A stretch of 64,000 nucleotides of DNA. Origin: an uncultured Actinomycetes bacterium (GTDB lineage Bacteria > Actinomycetota > Thermoleophilia > Gaiellales > JALYLC01). A program made the translations under genes and the position numbers. How positions within the stretch are numbered: the stretch's first letter is position 1; each line of letters opens with the position of its first letter. Of the stretch, positions 27,612 through 37,593 are shown piece after piece. The stretch is from positions 1,393,897 through 1,457,896 of the forward strand of contig OY970326.1 of assembly GCA_963717155.1 (NCBI GenBank). Direction: 5' to 3'. The notes beneath the pieces were generated by a model, which ran no database searches, was not told the origin of the DNA, and saw only the letters and a program-made list of their open reading frames with translations.

Positions 27612-28888
27612 GCATCCCCTTCGCGATCGGCGGCCTGCTGCTGCTGGTCTTCATCCACGAGCTCGGGCACTTCCTCGCGGCCAAGACCGTCGGGCATGCG
27701 CGCGACGCGGTTCTCGGTCGGCTTCGGCCCCGCGCTGCTCTCGCGCACACACGGCGACACCGAGTACCGCCTCGCGGCGCTCCCGCTCGGGGGCTACGTG
27801 CGCATCGTCGGCATGGCGCGTCCGCGGCCCGGCGATCTCGCAACGGTCGGCGAGGCCGTCGAGGAGGCGCAGCGCCGCCGTCCGGCGGACCGGCCCGATC
27901 GCCTCGGTCCGGCGTACCGCCGGCTCACGGCAGCTCTCAACGCGGGCGAGGATGCGTCGCTGAAGCCGCTCGCCGACGAGCTGCAGGCTGCACTGGAGGC
28001 CGACTCCGACCTGATCGATCCGGAGCGCCTCGCCTGGTGCCAGCGCGAGACGACGCGCGTGCGAGATGACGTCGACCCGAACTGCTACTGGCGCGCCGAC
28101 GTCTGGCGGCGCATCGTGGTGATCGCCGCTGGGCCGTTCGCGAACGTGCTGGCGGCCGTCGTGATCCTGACCGCCTTCTTCTGGTCCGGGCCCTCCGCAG
28201 TTCAAGCGTCACCACGAAGGTCGACCAGGTCGTGCAGCCCGAGCCCGGCGAAGCAGAGCGGGCTGCGGGCCGGCGACGTCGTCGTGCGCGTGAACGGCCA
28301 CGCGATCAAGAACTCGCAGCAGGTCAGCGACGCGATCCAGCGCCCGGGCAAGATCACCCTCGTCGTGCGGCGGGCCGGTGCGCTGAAGACGCTCGACGCC
28401 GGAGACCCCGGAGAAGGGCAGCGACGGGCGGCGCTACCTGGGGATCGGTGTTCGGCATCGCGAAGTCGGGCAACCTGCACTACGGGCTCGTCGGCAGCGT
28501 GCGCGCCGCCGGCTCGGACATCTGGTTCACGACCTCGACGACGTTCACCGCGCTCGGCGACATCGTGTCGGGTGGCCGGCGCGACGAGATCTCGAGCCCG
28601 GTCGGCATCGTGCAGCAATCGCAGACGTCCATGAACGAGGGCGTCTACCCGCGCCTGCTCGCCCTGATCTCGCTCTCGCTCGCGATCTTCAACATGCTGC
28701 CGTTCCTCCCGCTCGACGGCGGCCACATCCTGTTCGCGCTGATCGAGCTCTTCCGCCGGAAGCCGCTCGCGCGCGAGGTCTACGAGCGCGTGTCGCTGAT
28801 CGGCATCGTCGCGATGCTGATGCTGTTCGCGCTGGGGCTCTCGAACGACGTCACGCACATCACCAACGGGCCGACGATCGGGCCGTAG
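27608..28888 (+). CDS. rseP: RseP/Rip1-type zinc metalloprotease (peptidase M50 with PDZ domain; 5 or more frameshifts)
   Basis: [12 protein letters not shown] (HExxH), [12 protein letters not shown], a PDZ-like segment [22 protein letters not shown], and the C-terminal [21 protein letters not shown]. Confidence 0.82.
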
Positions 28889-28929
28889 GCCGGCTCGTCG
28901 CCCGCCTCGGGATTGCGTTCCGCACGTGC

Positions 28930-31900
28930 GTGCTGGCACTATCCGCACAAGCAGGTTGGCGAGCGGCGAGAGGAGGGGTCACGGGCGACGGGGACGTCGA
29001 GCTCTCTGGGTCTTACCCCGGAACGGGGCCGGCGGCGCTCGCTCCGAGACGGCCCGCGACTGAAGCGCTAGCACGCCGCATCGGAGCGGTGCTGATGGTC
29101 GCGGCGGTGATCCTTCTCGGTCTTCCGATCCCAGCGCTCGCGGGGAACGGGATATGGACGCGCTCGACGAGCTGGTTCAACGGCTCTGTCGACGACGGTG
29201 TGAGCGCGTCCGTCGCGGGGCCGGACACCAGCGGGAACTCGCTGTTCGCGCTCAGCCTCGAAGGGAGCGGGGTGTGGACGACCACCGACTTCGGTGCGGA
29301 CTGGACGCCGCAGGAGAACGGCCCGATCGATCCGACTGCGGTGGCGGTCGCACCGAGCGATCCCAGCGTCCTGTACGAGGACGCCGATGCGAGCCCGAAC
29401 CCCGGCATCTTCGTTCGCTCGAGCGATTCGGGGTTGACCTGGCAACAGCAGACGCAGCCGTCGCCCGACCGGTTCTGCACCGCGAGTAAGCTCGAGGTCT
29501 CGCCGGTCGACCCTGACACGGTTGTCTACCTGTCGTTCATCTGCAACGCGATCTGGCGCTCGGCTGACGGGGGTGGGCACTGGACGTCCGTCTCAGTCCC
29601 GGCGGCCCAGGTGAACGACGTCGCGATCGACGCCGCAAGCGGGGCGCTGTATGCGGCGGCCGGCAATGGGCTCTACCGAAGCCCCTCGGGCAATGGGGGC
29701 GACTGGACTCCCTTTGCCGCGTTTGACGGTTGCTGGATGTTCGCGGTCCAGCTGTTCGCCGGGCCACCGTTCACGATCTACACGACAGGCGCGTGGCAGG
29801 GGCCTGGAAGCTGCACGATTCTCCAGGGGTCGGGAAGTGGGATCTGGCGCAGCGCCGACGGGGGTGCGAGCTTCGACGAGCTGCTGGACAGTCCTCAGGT
29901 CAGCTGGCAGACGCTCGCGATCGACCCTTCGCAGACGATCATCCTTGCGAGCAACAACGTCGCGCAGCTCGCGGCCAGCCAGGACGGCGGCTCGCACTTC
30001 ACGATCTCCTCGCCCTCGACAGTCGGCCTTGGACCTTTCGCCATCGACCCGCTCGATCCCGAAAATGTTCTCGCAGCGGCGTTTGCAGGATCGCCGAACC
30101 GCTTCGTCCAGTCGACCGATGGTGGCAGGACATGGTTCACACCACCTCGCGTCGATCCCGTCAGCATGCCGGCGACCGCGATCGCGATCGACCCCGGCCG
30201 CCCGGGCACGATCTTCGCGGCGATCCAAGGCGATGGGGCAGCGATCACGCGGGACGACGGCGCGAGCTGGCTACAGGCGACCGGGCTCGCGCCGCCATTC
30301 TGGACTCGTAGCGCCCTCAGCATCGCCCCCGACACCCGCGCGAGCCAGCGGGTGTATCTGGGCACCTACCAGGGCGTCTGGACGAGCGGCGACAACGGTG
30401 AGAGTTTCCAACCGAGTGTGCTCGACCACGGCTCGATCGACGCGCTCGCGGTCGACCCATCGCATCCTGGCACGGCCTACGCCGGCGCATACGACGGCGG
30501 CCTCTGGCGGACCGCCGACGGAGGTGCGACCTGGACACCAGCAACCGGAGGGCTCGCCGACGATGACGTCAACGCCCTCGCCGTCGATCCGTTCAACACG
30601 CAGATCGTGTATGTCGCGACGGCCGCGCACGGCGTCTGGAAGAGCGTCGACGGCGGGTCCAGCTGGAACCCGACTGGTCTGAGCAACGGCTTCGCCGATT
30701 CGCTCGCGATCGACCCGGCGACCCCTGGCACGCTGTACGCCGGAACGTGTCTCGACGCATCCACCAACATCCTTCGAAGCACGGACTCGGGTGCGACCTG
30801 GACGACGCGCGGCGTCGGGTTGCCGGCGCACTGCGTCAATGCGATCACCATCGATCCTGCCGCGCCGGACCTGATCTACGCTGGTTCTGGCGGTCTCGGC
30901 GTCTATGCGTCGCCAGACGCTGGCCTCGACTGGTATCCGCTGGATAACGACCTCGATCGCCTCGGCGGCACCGTCGTCGACTCGCTCGCAATGCCACCTG
31001 GAGGCGCCGAGTTGCACGCAGGGGGCCAGGGTGGAGAGCTGGACTACCGCTTCGCGACCGATGTCTGGAGCTCGATCACCAGCGGCGCCGCGTCGGTCGT
31101 ACAGGGCGGTGCCCTCACCTACACCGCCACCTTCGGGAACGACGGCCCTGACGATGCGACCAACGTCGTCGGCGTTCTCAAGCTCCCGGCTGGTCTTGCG
31201 GCCCCGCCTGTGTCATCCGATCTCGGGAGCTGCAGTGGCGGCGAGGTGGACACGTGCCGATTCGGAATCCTCTCGGCCGGTGAGGGACTCACCTTGACGG
31301 TCTCGCTACCCGCCCCGGAAACGCCTGGCGCGCTCGTTGCCCAGACGAGCATCACCAACGATCGCGACGACCTCGCGAGCCTCGACGATACCGACACGGC
31401 AACGGTCACGGTAACGGCGTCGCTCGCCCCTAACGGGAAGCCAGACACCGTCGCGCCGAACGGCCTGAGTCTCGTCGGGAGCGGAAAGCAGGACTCCCTG
31501 TCCGCGCCATTCCAGCGCGGGCGCACGGTCACGCTCCGCTGGAGTGGACTCGACGCCTCCGGGATCACGAGCTTCGACCTGCGCACCCGGACCGGCACGG
31601 CGTCTCGCGCACTCGGGTCGCCGACGCTTTGGCTGAGCGCGACCACTGGCGCGCAGGCGACCTATACGGCGAAGCCGGGAACGACGGTCTGTTTCGGCTT
31701 GCGTGCCCGTGACGCTGCCGGCAACACGTCGGACTGGACGTCGTACCGCTGTACCGCCTTCCCACTCGCCGCCGGCGCCCTCGTCCACAGCCGCGGCTGG
31801 AGCACGAGGGGATCGCGGATCGCCACCGATCGGGCTGGCGCCACACTTCAGCTGGGAGGCGTTCGCGCCAGGCGCATCGCGCTGATCGCTGACACGTGCC

Positions 31901-32094
31901 CGGCGTGTGGTGAGGTCAGGATCACCCTTGGGAAGAAGCTGATCGGAACCGCCAACCTCGTCTCGCACCATGCCGCGCGGTCCCGTTTGGTCGTGTTCGC
32001 CCCGCTTCCCGCGGTGCGGGCAGGCAGGCTCGTGCTCACAGCGACGACCTCGCGGCCGGTGAACATCGCTGCAATCGGAATCAGCGCCGCCTGA
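28930..32094 (+). CDS. large secreted Asp-box (BNR) repeat beta-propeller protein with DUF11-like and Ig/Fn3-like C-terminal domains
   Basis: Intact 1054-aa ORF with an uncertain start. There is a signal-like segment RRIGAVLMVAAVILLGLPIPALA and about 13 S/T-x-D-x-G-x-(T/S)-W/F boxes (SSDSGLTW, SADGGGHW, STDGGRTW, TADGGATW, SVDGGSSW, STDSGATW and others). Further downstream come LTYTATFGNDGPDDATNVV and ARDAAGNTSDW. Confidence 0.8.
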   Translation: MLALSAQAGWRAARGGVTGDGDVELSGSYPGTGPAALAPRRPATEALARRIGAVLMVAAVILLGLPIPALAGNGIWTRSTSWFNGSVDDGVSASVAGPDTSGNSLFALSLEGSGVWTTTDFGADWTPQENGPIDPTAVAVAPSDPSVLYEDADASPNPGIFVRSSDSGLTWQQQTQPSPDRFCTASKLEVSPVDPDTVVYLSFICNAIWRSADGGGHWTSVSVPAAQVNDVAIDAASGALYAAAGNGLYRSPSGNGGDWTPFAAFDGCWMFAVQLFAGPPFTIYTTGAWQGPGSCTILQGSGSGIWRSADGGASFDELLDSPQVSWQTLAIDPSQTIILASNNVAQLAASQDGGSHFTISSPSTVGLGPFAIDPLDPENVLAAAFAGSPNRFVQSTDGGRTWFTPPRVDPVSMPATAIAIDPGRPGTIFAAIQGDGAAITRDDGASWLQATGLAPPFWTRSALSIAPDTRASQRVYLGTYQGVWTSGDNGESFQPSVLDHGSIDALAVDPSHPGTAYAGAYDGGLWRTADGGATWTPATGGLADDDVNALAVDPFNTQIVYVATAAHGVWKSVDGGSSWNPTGLSNGFADSLAIDPATPGTLYAGTCLDASTNILRSTDSGATWTTRGVGLPAHCVNAITIDPAAPDLIYAGSGGLGVYASPDAGLDWYPLDNDLDRLGGTVVDSLAMPPGGAELHAGGQGGELDYRFATDVWSSITSGAASVVQGGALTYTATFGNDGPDDATNVVGVLKLPAGLAAPPVSSDLGSCSGGEVDTCRFGILSAGEGLTLTVSLPAPETPGALVAQTSITNDRDDLASLDDTDTATVTVTASLAPNGKPDTVAPNGLSLVGSGKQDSLSAPFQRGRTVTLRWSGLDASGITSFDLRTRTGTASRALGSPTLWLSATTGAQATYTAKPGTTVCFGLRARDAAGNTSDWTSYRCTAFPLAAGALVHSRGWSTRGSRIATDRAGATLQLGGVRARRIALIADTCPACGEVRITLGKKLIGTANLVSHHAARSRLVVFAPLPAVRAGRLVLTATTSRPVNIAAIGISAA

Positions 32095-32151
32095 GGGTCG
32101 GCTCGCACGCCCGCAACCCGAAGGGCGCTCCCCGGGCAGTACGATGCAGAC

Positions 32152-33268
32152 ATGGCCAGCGAGCGACGCATCGTGGTCGGAGGCGTGCCGATCGGGGGCG
32201 GGTCCCCCGTGACGGTGCAGTCGATGACCACCACCAAGACGCACGACGTCGAGGCGACGATGGCGCAGATCGACCGGCTGGTCGAGGCAGGCGTCGACAT
32301 CGTCCGCGTCGCCGTCCCGGGGATTCCGGACGCGGACGCGCTGCCCGAGCTCGTCGAGCGCACGCCCGTGCCGGTGATCGCCGACATCCACTTCAACGCC
32401 TCGCTCGCGCTGCGCGCGATCGACGCAGGCGTCGCTGCCGTGCGGATCAACCCCGGCAACATCGGCGGCCCCGACAAGGTCGAGCAGGTCGTGCGGCGCG
32501 CCCAGGAGCGCGGCACGCCGATGCGGATCGGCGCGAACTCCGGCTCACTGCCGGAGCACCTGCGCTGGACCGCGACGGCGGATCCTTCCGGCGCGCTCGT
32601 CCGGGCGGCCATGGAGGAGGTCGAGATCCTCGAGCGGCTCGAGTTCCGCGAGTTCAAGATCTCGGTCAAGTCGAGCTCGCGTGCCGGTCATGATCGAGGC
32701 CTACCGCCGCCTGTCGGAGCTCGTGCCGTACCCGCTCCACCTCGGCGTGACCGAGGCCGGGACCGCGTTCACGGGCACCGTCAAGAGCGCCGTCGGCATC
32801 GGCTCGCTGCTCGCGTCGGGCATCGGCGACACGATTCGCGTGTCGCTCTCGACGGACCCCGTCGAGGAGGTCAAGGCGGGCTACGCGATCCTCAAGGCGC
32901 TCGGCCTGCGCAAGCAGGGTCCCGAGCTCATCGCCTGCCCGTCGTGCGGGCGGACGAACGTCGAGGTGCACGAGCTCGCCGAGCAGGTCGAGGCCCGTCT
33001 CGGGCAGTACGCCGAGCACTTCGAGGTCGCGGTCATGGGGTGCGCGGTGAACGGTCCCGGCGAGGCAGGGGATGCCGACTTCGGGATCGCTGGAGGTCGG
33101 GACGCGGGCTTCATCTACGCGCACGGCGCGGTGCTCCGGAAGGTCGACCAGGCCGTGCTCGTCGACGAGCTGTTCGGCGAGATCGACGCCTGGATCGCCG
33201 CCGGCATGCCTCGGCCCGAGCGCGGGACGCGGAAGCGCGATCTCACGCTGCCGGTCGTGACGCTCTAA
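32152..33268 (+). CDS. ispG: 4-hydroxy-3-methylbut-2-en-1-yl diphosphate synthase (one frameshift near 32680)
   Basis: VTVQSMTTTKTHDVEATMAQIDRLVEAGVDIVRVAV...IADIHF...RINPGNIG is followed in the next frame by VPVMIEAYRRLSELVPYPLHLGVTEAG...CPSCGRT...VAVMGCAVNGPGEA. Confidence 0.9.
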
Positions 33269-33277
33269 GCTCGCCCG

Positions 33278-33457
33278 ATGCGTCCAATCCGGAGTCTGAT
33301 GGTGTTCGCCGCGGGTGTGACCGCGGCGACGCCGCGTGGTCGAGCAGCCGTGAAGCGCGCGATCGGCGCGGCGCGCAAGGCCCGCGCGAAGCACCACACG
33401 TGGCACGAGGTGCCGCCGCCGGATGGGGTTCCCGAGCGCGTTCCGCCGCGGGACTGA
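33278..33457 (+). CDS. possible small protein (59 aa, hydrophobic N-terminus, basic middle)
   Basis: ATG ORF just below the track cutoff: MRPIRSLMVFAAGVTAATPRGRAAVKRAIGAARKARAKHHTWHEV... GC3 is mostly high. I recognise no homology. Confidence 0.2.
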   Translation: MRPIRSLMVFAAGVTAATPRGRAAVKRAIGAARKARAKHHTWHEVPPPDGVPERVPPRD

Positions 33458-33505
33458 GGGCGAGCTGAAGCCGCGAGCGCGCTGCGGAGGCCGGGCGTGG
33501 GACAT

Positions 33506-34005
33506 GCCATCCTCGGACAAGGCGCAGGTGGGGAGCGTGGCTCTCGGAACCTAGCCGCGGTCCCGTAAGGCGCTGCGCGGACGTATTCGATCCGTCGAAA
33601 TGGTGTTCGCGGTTAGACCGCGAACGCAATCGGGCGAAGATCACAGGTTGAGACGAGTGCGCGACGGAGGCAGGTGGCGAGGGTTCGAAGGATCACGGGT
33701 CGCGCTCGAAGGGTTCGGACCCTCGACCTGTGGATCTTGGTCGACTATTTCGTTTGCGGCCTATCCGCGATCACGGTTGCGATGGGACGAATACGTCCGC
33801 GCTGCGCTTCACGGGACCGTCGATAGGTTCCGAGAGCCACGCTCCCGACCTGCGTCTTTTCTGAGGCTGGCATGTGGCCTATGTTCGTTGCGGCCTATCC
33901 GCGATCACGGTTGCGATGGGACGAATACGTCCGCGCTGCGCTTCACGGGACCGTCGCGAGGTTCCGAGAGCCACGCTCTTGACCTGCGTCTTTTCCGAGG
34001 CTGGC
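33506..34005 (-). repeat. long-hairpin MITE-like repeat, copy B (inverted relative to A and C; full unit 33506-33871 plus a tandemly duplicated arm 33872-34005)
   Basis: It has the same termini (GCCATCCTCGGACAAGGCGCAGGT... / ...TTCTGAGGCTGGC). Its core is the reverse complement of the copy A core. The ~127-bp segment GCGGCCTATCCGCGATCACGGTTGCGATGGGACGAATACGTCC...CCGAGGCTGGC occurs twice in tandem. Confidence 0.85.
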
Positions 34006-34047
34006 AATGACCCCTACGACCTGTTGCCGGGTCGCGCTCGCGCATCG

Positions 34048-34076
34048 TTGGGTTCCGCCGGTCGCGTGACTACACT
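34048..34076 (+). promoter_or_regulatory. candidate dnaE promoter (TTGGGT-17 nt-TACACT), near-leaderless
   Basis: The -10-like TACACT ends 3 nt before the TTG at 34080 and 9 nt before the GTG at 34086. There is no Shine-Dalgarno sequence. It lies 43 bp downstream of repeat copy B. Confidence 0.3.
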
Positions 34077-34079
34077 GGC

Positions 34080-37000
34080 TTGCCCGTGGCCGACCCCGCC
34101 TACGTTCACCTTCACGTCCACTCCGAGTACTCGGTGCTCGACGGCGCCTGTCGGATCCCCCAGCTCGTGCAGCGCGCCGCCGATCTCGGCATGCCCGCCG
34201 TGGGGCTCACCGACCACGGCTCGATGGCCGGGGCGGTCGAGCTCTACAAGGCTGCGGGGAAGGTCGGGATCAAGCCGCTGCTCGGCTGCGAGGTGTACGT
34301 CGTCCCCGACCGGCGCGAGCGCCACCGCCACGAGGGCGAGCGGTCCTGGAGCCACCTGACGCTGCTCGCCGAGACGACGGCCGGCTACCACAACCTCGTC
34401 AAGCTGTGCACGCTCGGGTTCCTCGAGGGCTACTACTACAAGCCGCGCGTCGACTACGAGCTGCTCGAGCGCTACGCCGACGGGCTGATCTGCCTGTCCG
34501 GGTGCATGGCCGGGGTCACCTGCCAGGCGCTGGCTCGCGGCGACGAGCCGCGCGGCGCGCGCCGAGCTCGACCGCCTCGTGTCGATCTTCGGACGCGACG
34601 ACGTCTACGTCGAGCTGCAGGACGCCGGCATGGCCGAGCACGCCGAGATCAACCCGGGGCTCCTGCGAATCGCCGCCGACGCCGGCCTCCCGGTCGTCGG
34701 CACCGGCGACGTGCACTACCTGCACGCCGAGGACGCCGGGCCGCACGACGCGCTCCTCTGCATCCAGACGAACGCGCTCCTCGCCGACCAGAACCGCTTC
34801 CGCTTCAAGACGAACGAGTTCTACTTCAAGACCCCTGCCGAGATGCAGGCGCTGATGGCGCGCTGGGGCGACAACCTGCTCGCGCCGACGGTCGAGATCG
34901 CCGAGCGCTGCAACGTCGAGCTCGAGCTCGGGGCGCTGCGGCTCCCGCGCTTCGACGAGGCCGAGGGCGACAGCTTCGGCATGCTCCGCCGTCTCTGCGA
35001 GGAGGGGCTTGCACGCCGCTACTCGCACGTCGACGACGCGATCCGGGCGCGGCTCGAGTTCGAGCTGCAGACGATCAGCGAGATGGGCTTCGCCGACTAC
35101 TTCCTGATCGTCTGGGACTTCGTGCGGTTCGCCAAGCAGAACGGCGTCACGGTCGGTCCGGGGCGCGGATCGGCTGCTGGCTCGCTCGTCGCGTACTGCC
35201 TGCAGATCACCGATCTCGATCCCGATCGCGAACGACCTGCTGTTCGAGCGCTTCCTGAACCCGGGCCGCAAGTCGATGCCCGACATCGACATCGACTTCT
35301 CGGTGCAGGGCCGCGAGCGCGTCTTCGCGTACGTCACCGAGAAGTACGGGCGCGATCGCGTCGCGCAGATCATCACGTTCTCGAAGCTGCAGGCGAAGGC
35401 CTCCGTGCGCGACGCGGGACGCGTGATGGGCATGCCCTACGGCGTCGTCGACCGCATCGCGAAGCTCATCCCCGAGGGTCCGAAGGTCAACTTCGCCGAC
35501 TGCCTCAAGCCGGGCCAGGAGCTCGCGAAGGCCTGCGACGAGGACGAGGCCGCCCGCCAGATCGTCGAGATCGCGCGGCCGCTCGAGGGGCTGACGCGGG
35601 CCGACTCGATCCACGCAGCCGGCGTCGTGATCGGCGACCGCCCGCTGATGGAGTACCTGCCGCTGCAGCAGAAGGGTGCGGGCGAGGCCGTCGTCACGCA
35701 GTTCACGATGGGCGACGTCGAGGCGCTCGGCCTCCTCAAGATGGACTTCCTCGGCCTGCGCAACCTCGACGTGATCGACGAGGCCGTCCGCATCGTCCGC
35801 GAGTCGGCCGGCGTCGACCTCGGCGACCTGTCCGACCTGCCGCTGGACGATGCCCGCACCTACGAGATGCTCGCTCGCGCCGACACGCTGGGGGTCTTCC
35901 AGTTCGAGTCGTCGGGCATGCGCGACGCGTTGCGCGCGGTCAAGCCGACCTGCTTCGACGACCTCGTCGCGCTCGTGGCGCTGTACCGCCCGGGTCCGAT
36001 GCAGAACATCCCGATGTACGCACGGCGCAAGAACGGGCAGGAGGAGACGACGTACCTGCATCCCAAGCTCGAGCCGATCCTCGGCTCGACGATGGGCATC
36101 ACGGTGTACCAGGAGCAGTCGATGCAGATCGCCAAGGATCTCGGGGGCTTCTCGCCCGCCGAGGCCGACGATCTGCGCAAGGCGATCGGCAAGAAGATCC
36201 GCTCGCTGATGGCATCGCTCGAGACGAAGTTCCTCGAGGGCTGCGTCGCGAACGGCATCTCGAGCGAGGTCGCCCGCAGCCTGTGGGACGACAACGAGCG
36301 CTCGGCCGACTACTCGTTCAACAAGGCGCACTCCGCCTGCTACGCGCTCATCGCGTACCGCACGGCCTACCTGAAGGCGAACTACCCCGAGCCCTACATG
36401 GCCGCGCTGATCTCCTCGGTGATGCAGACCAAGGACAAGGTGCCGTTCTACGTCGCCGAGTGCGCGGACATGGGCATCGAGGTGCTGCCGCCCGACGTCA
36501 ACACGTCGGGCTCCGACTTCGTCGTGGTCGACGGGAAGATCCGCTTCGGCCTGACCGCGGTCAAGGGCGTGGGGGAGGGCGCGGTGCGCGCGATCGTGAC
36601 GGCGCGCGAGGAAGGCGGCGCGTTCACCTCGGTCTGGGACATGTGCGAGCGGGTCGACGCGCAGGTGCTCAACAAGCGCGTGCTCGAGAGCCTGATCAAG
36701 TGCGGCGGGCTCGACTCGACCGGTGCGTCGCGCCGAGCGATGCTGGTGGCGTTCGAGACGGCGCTCGCGGCGGGCCAGAAGGCGCAGGCGGACGAGCAGC
36801 GGGGCCAGGGGTCGATCTTCGATCTCGGCGAGCCGGTCGAGGCGGGCGCTCCGTCGAGTCGCCACCACCCGCAGCTGCTCGAGGTCGAGTTCGATCGCCG
36901 GGAGCTGCTGGCGCTCGAGAAGGAGACGCTCGGCCTCTACCTCACCGAGCCATCCGCTCGCCGAGGTGCGCGACCAGCTGCGGCGCAAGGTCGATCTTCC

Positions 37001-37518
37001 GCTCGCCGAGCTCTCGTCGCGCAACGAGGGCGAGGTCGTGACCGTCGGCGGGATCGTCGCGAGCGTGCGCACGACGATGACCCGCAAGGGCGACCCGATG
37101 GCCTTCGTCCGCCTGGACGACGCCGTGTCGCAGGTGGAGGTCGTGGTCTTCAACTCGGCCTACGCCGCCTCGCGCGAGCATCTCTTCGAGGACCGCGTGC
37201 TCGTCGTGCGCGGGCGTGTCGACCGGCGCGAGGAGGGCGAGACGAAGGTCGTGGCGCTCGAGGTCACTCCCTTCGACGAGGTGCCGCTGACCGGCGAGGT
37301 ACGGGTGCGCGTCGACGCGCGCACGGCGCCCGCGTCGTTCGTCGACGGGCTCGGGCGTGCGATCCGCGACTTCCCGGGCAGCAATCCGGTCGTGGTCGAG
37401 ATGAGCACTGCGCGAGGGGCCGCGCAGGCTGCGCCTCGGGCCGGCCTACCGGGTGCGGCCGGCGCCCGACTTCTTCGCCGAGGTGCGGGTGCTCGGCGGC
37501 GAGGCGCAGCTCGTCTGA
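34080..37518 (+). CDS. dnaE: DNA polymerase III alpha subunit (four +1 frame changes near 34550, 35225, 36950 and 37410)
   Basis: The PHP domain ([25 protein letters not shown]) is in one frame. [48 protein letters not shown] is in the next. MPDIDIDF...[13 protein letters not shown]...FQFESSGM...YRPGPM...[11 protein letters not shown] is in a third, and the OB-fold region [14 protein letters not shown] in a fourth. Confidence 0.92.
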
Positions 37519-37593
37519 TGCGGGCTTCCTGCGACTCGTCGACCCGCTGACCGTTTTCGGGCGAGCATCCGCCACCGCTGCCACAATGGCCGG

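Noticed and set aside
33600-34010. ORFs inside the hairpin repeats (33600..34010+, 33243..33644-, 59969..60259+, 59973..60170-, 59377..60093-).
   Set aside because: They lie in repeat DNA with mirrored arms and lower coding bias. The ORFs differ between copies and orientations, so the conserved feature is the nucleotide structure, not a peptide.
21400-37518. Programmed ribosomal frameshifting or transcriptional slippage as an explanation for the split essential genes (rpsB, dxr, dnaE and others).
   Set aside because: There are too many junctions per gene (up to 6-7), in both the +1 and -1 directions. I saw no slippery heptamers or long homopolymers at the sites I inspected, and the junctions occur in genes with no known recoding. 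Sequence error is far more parsimonious.
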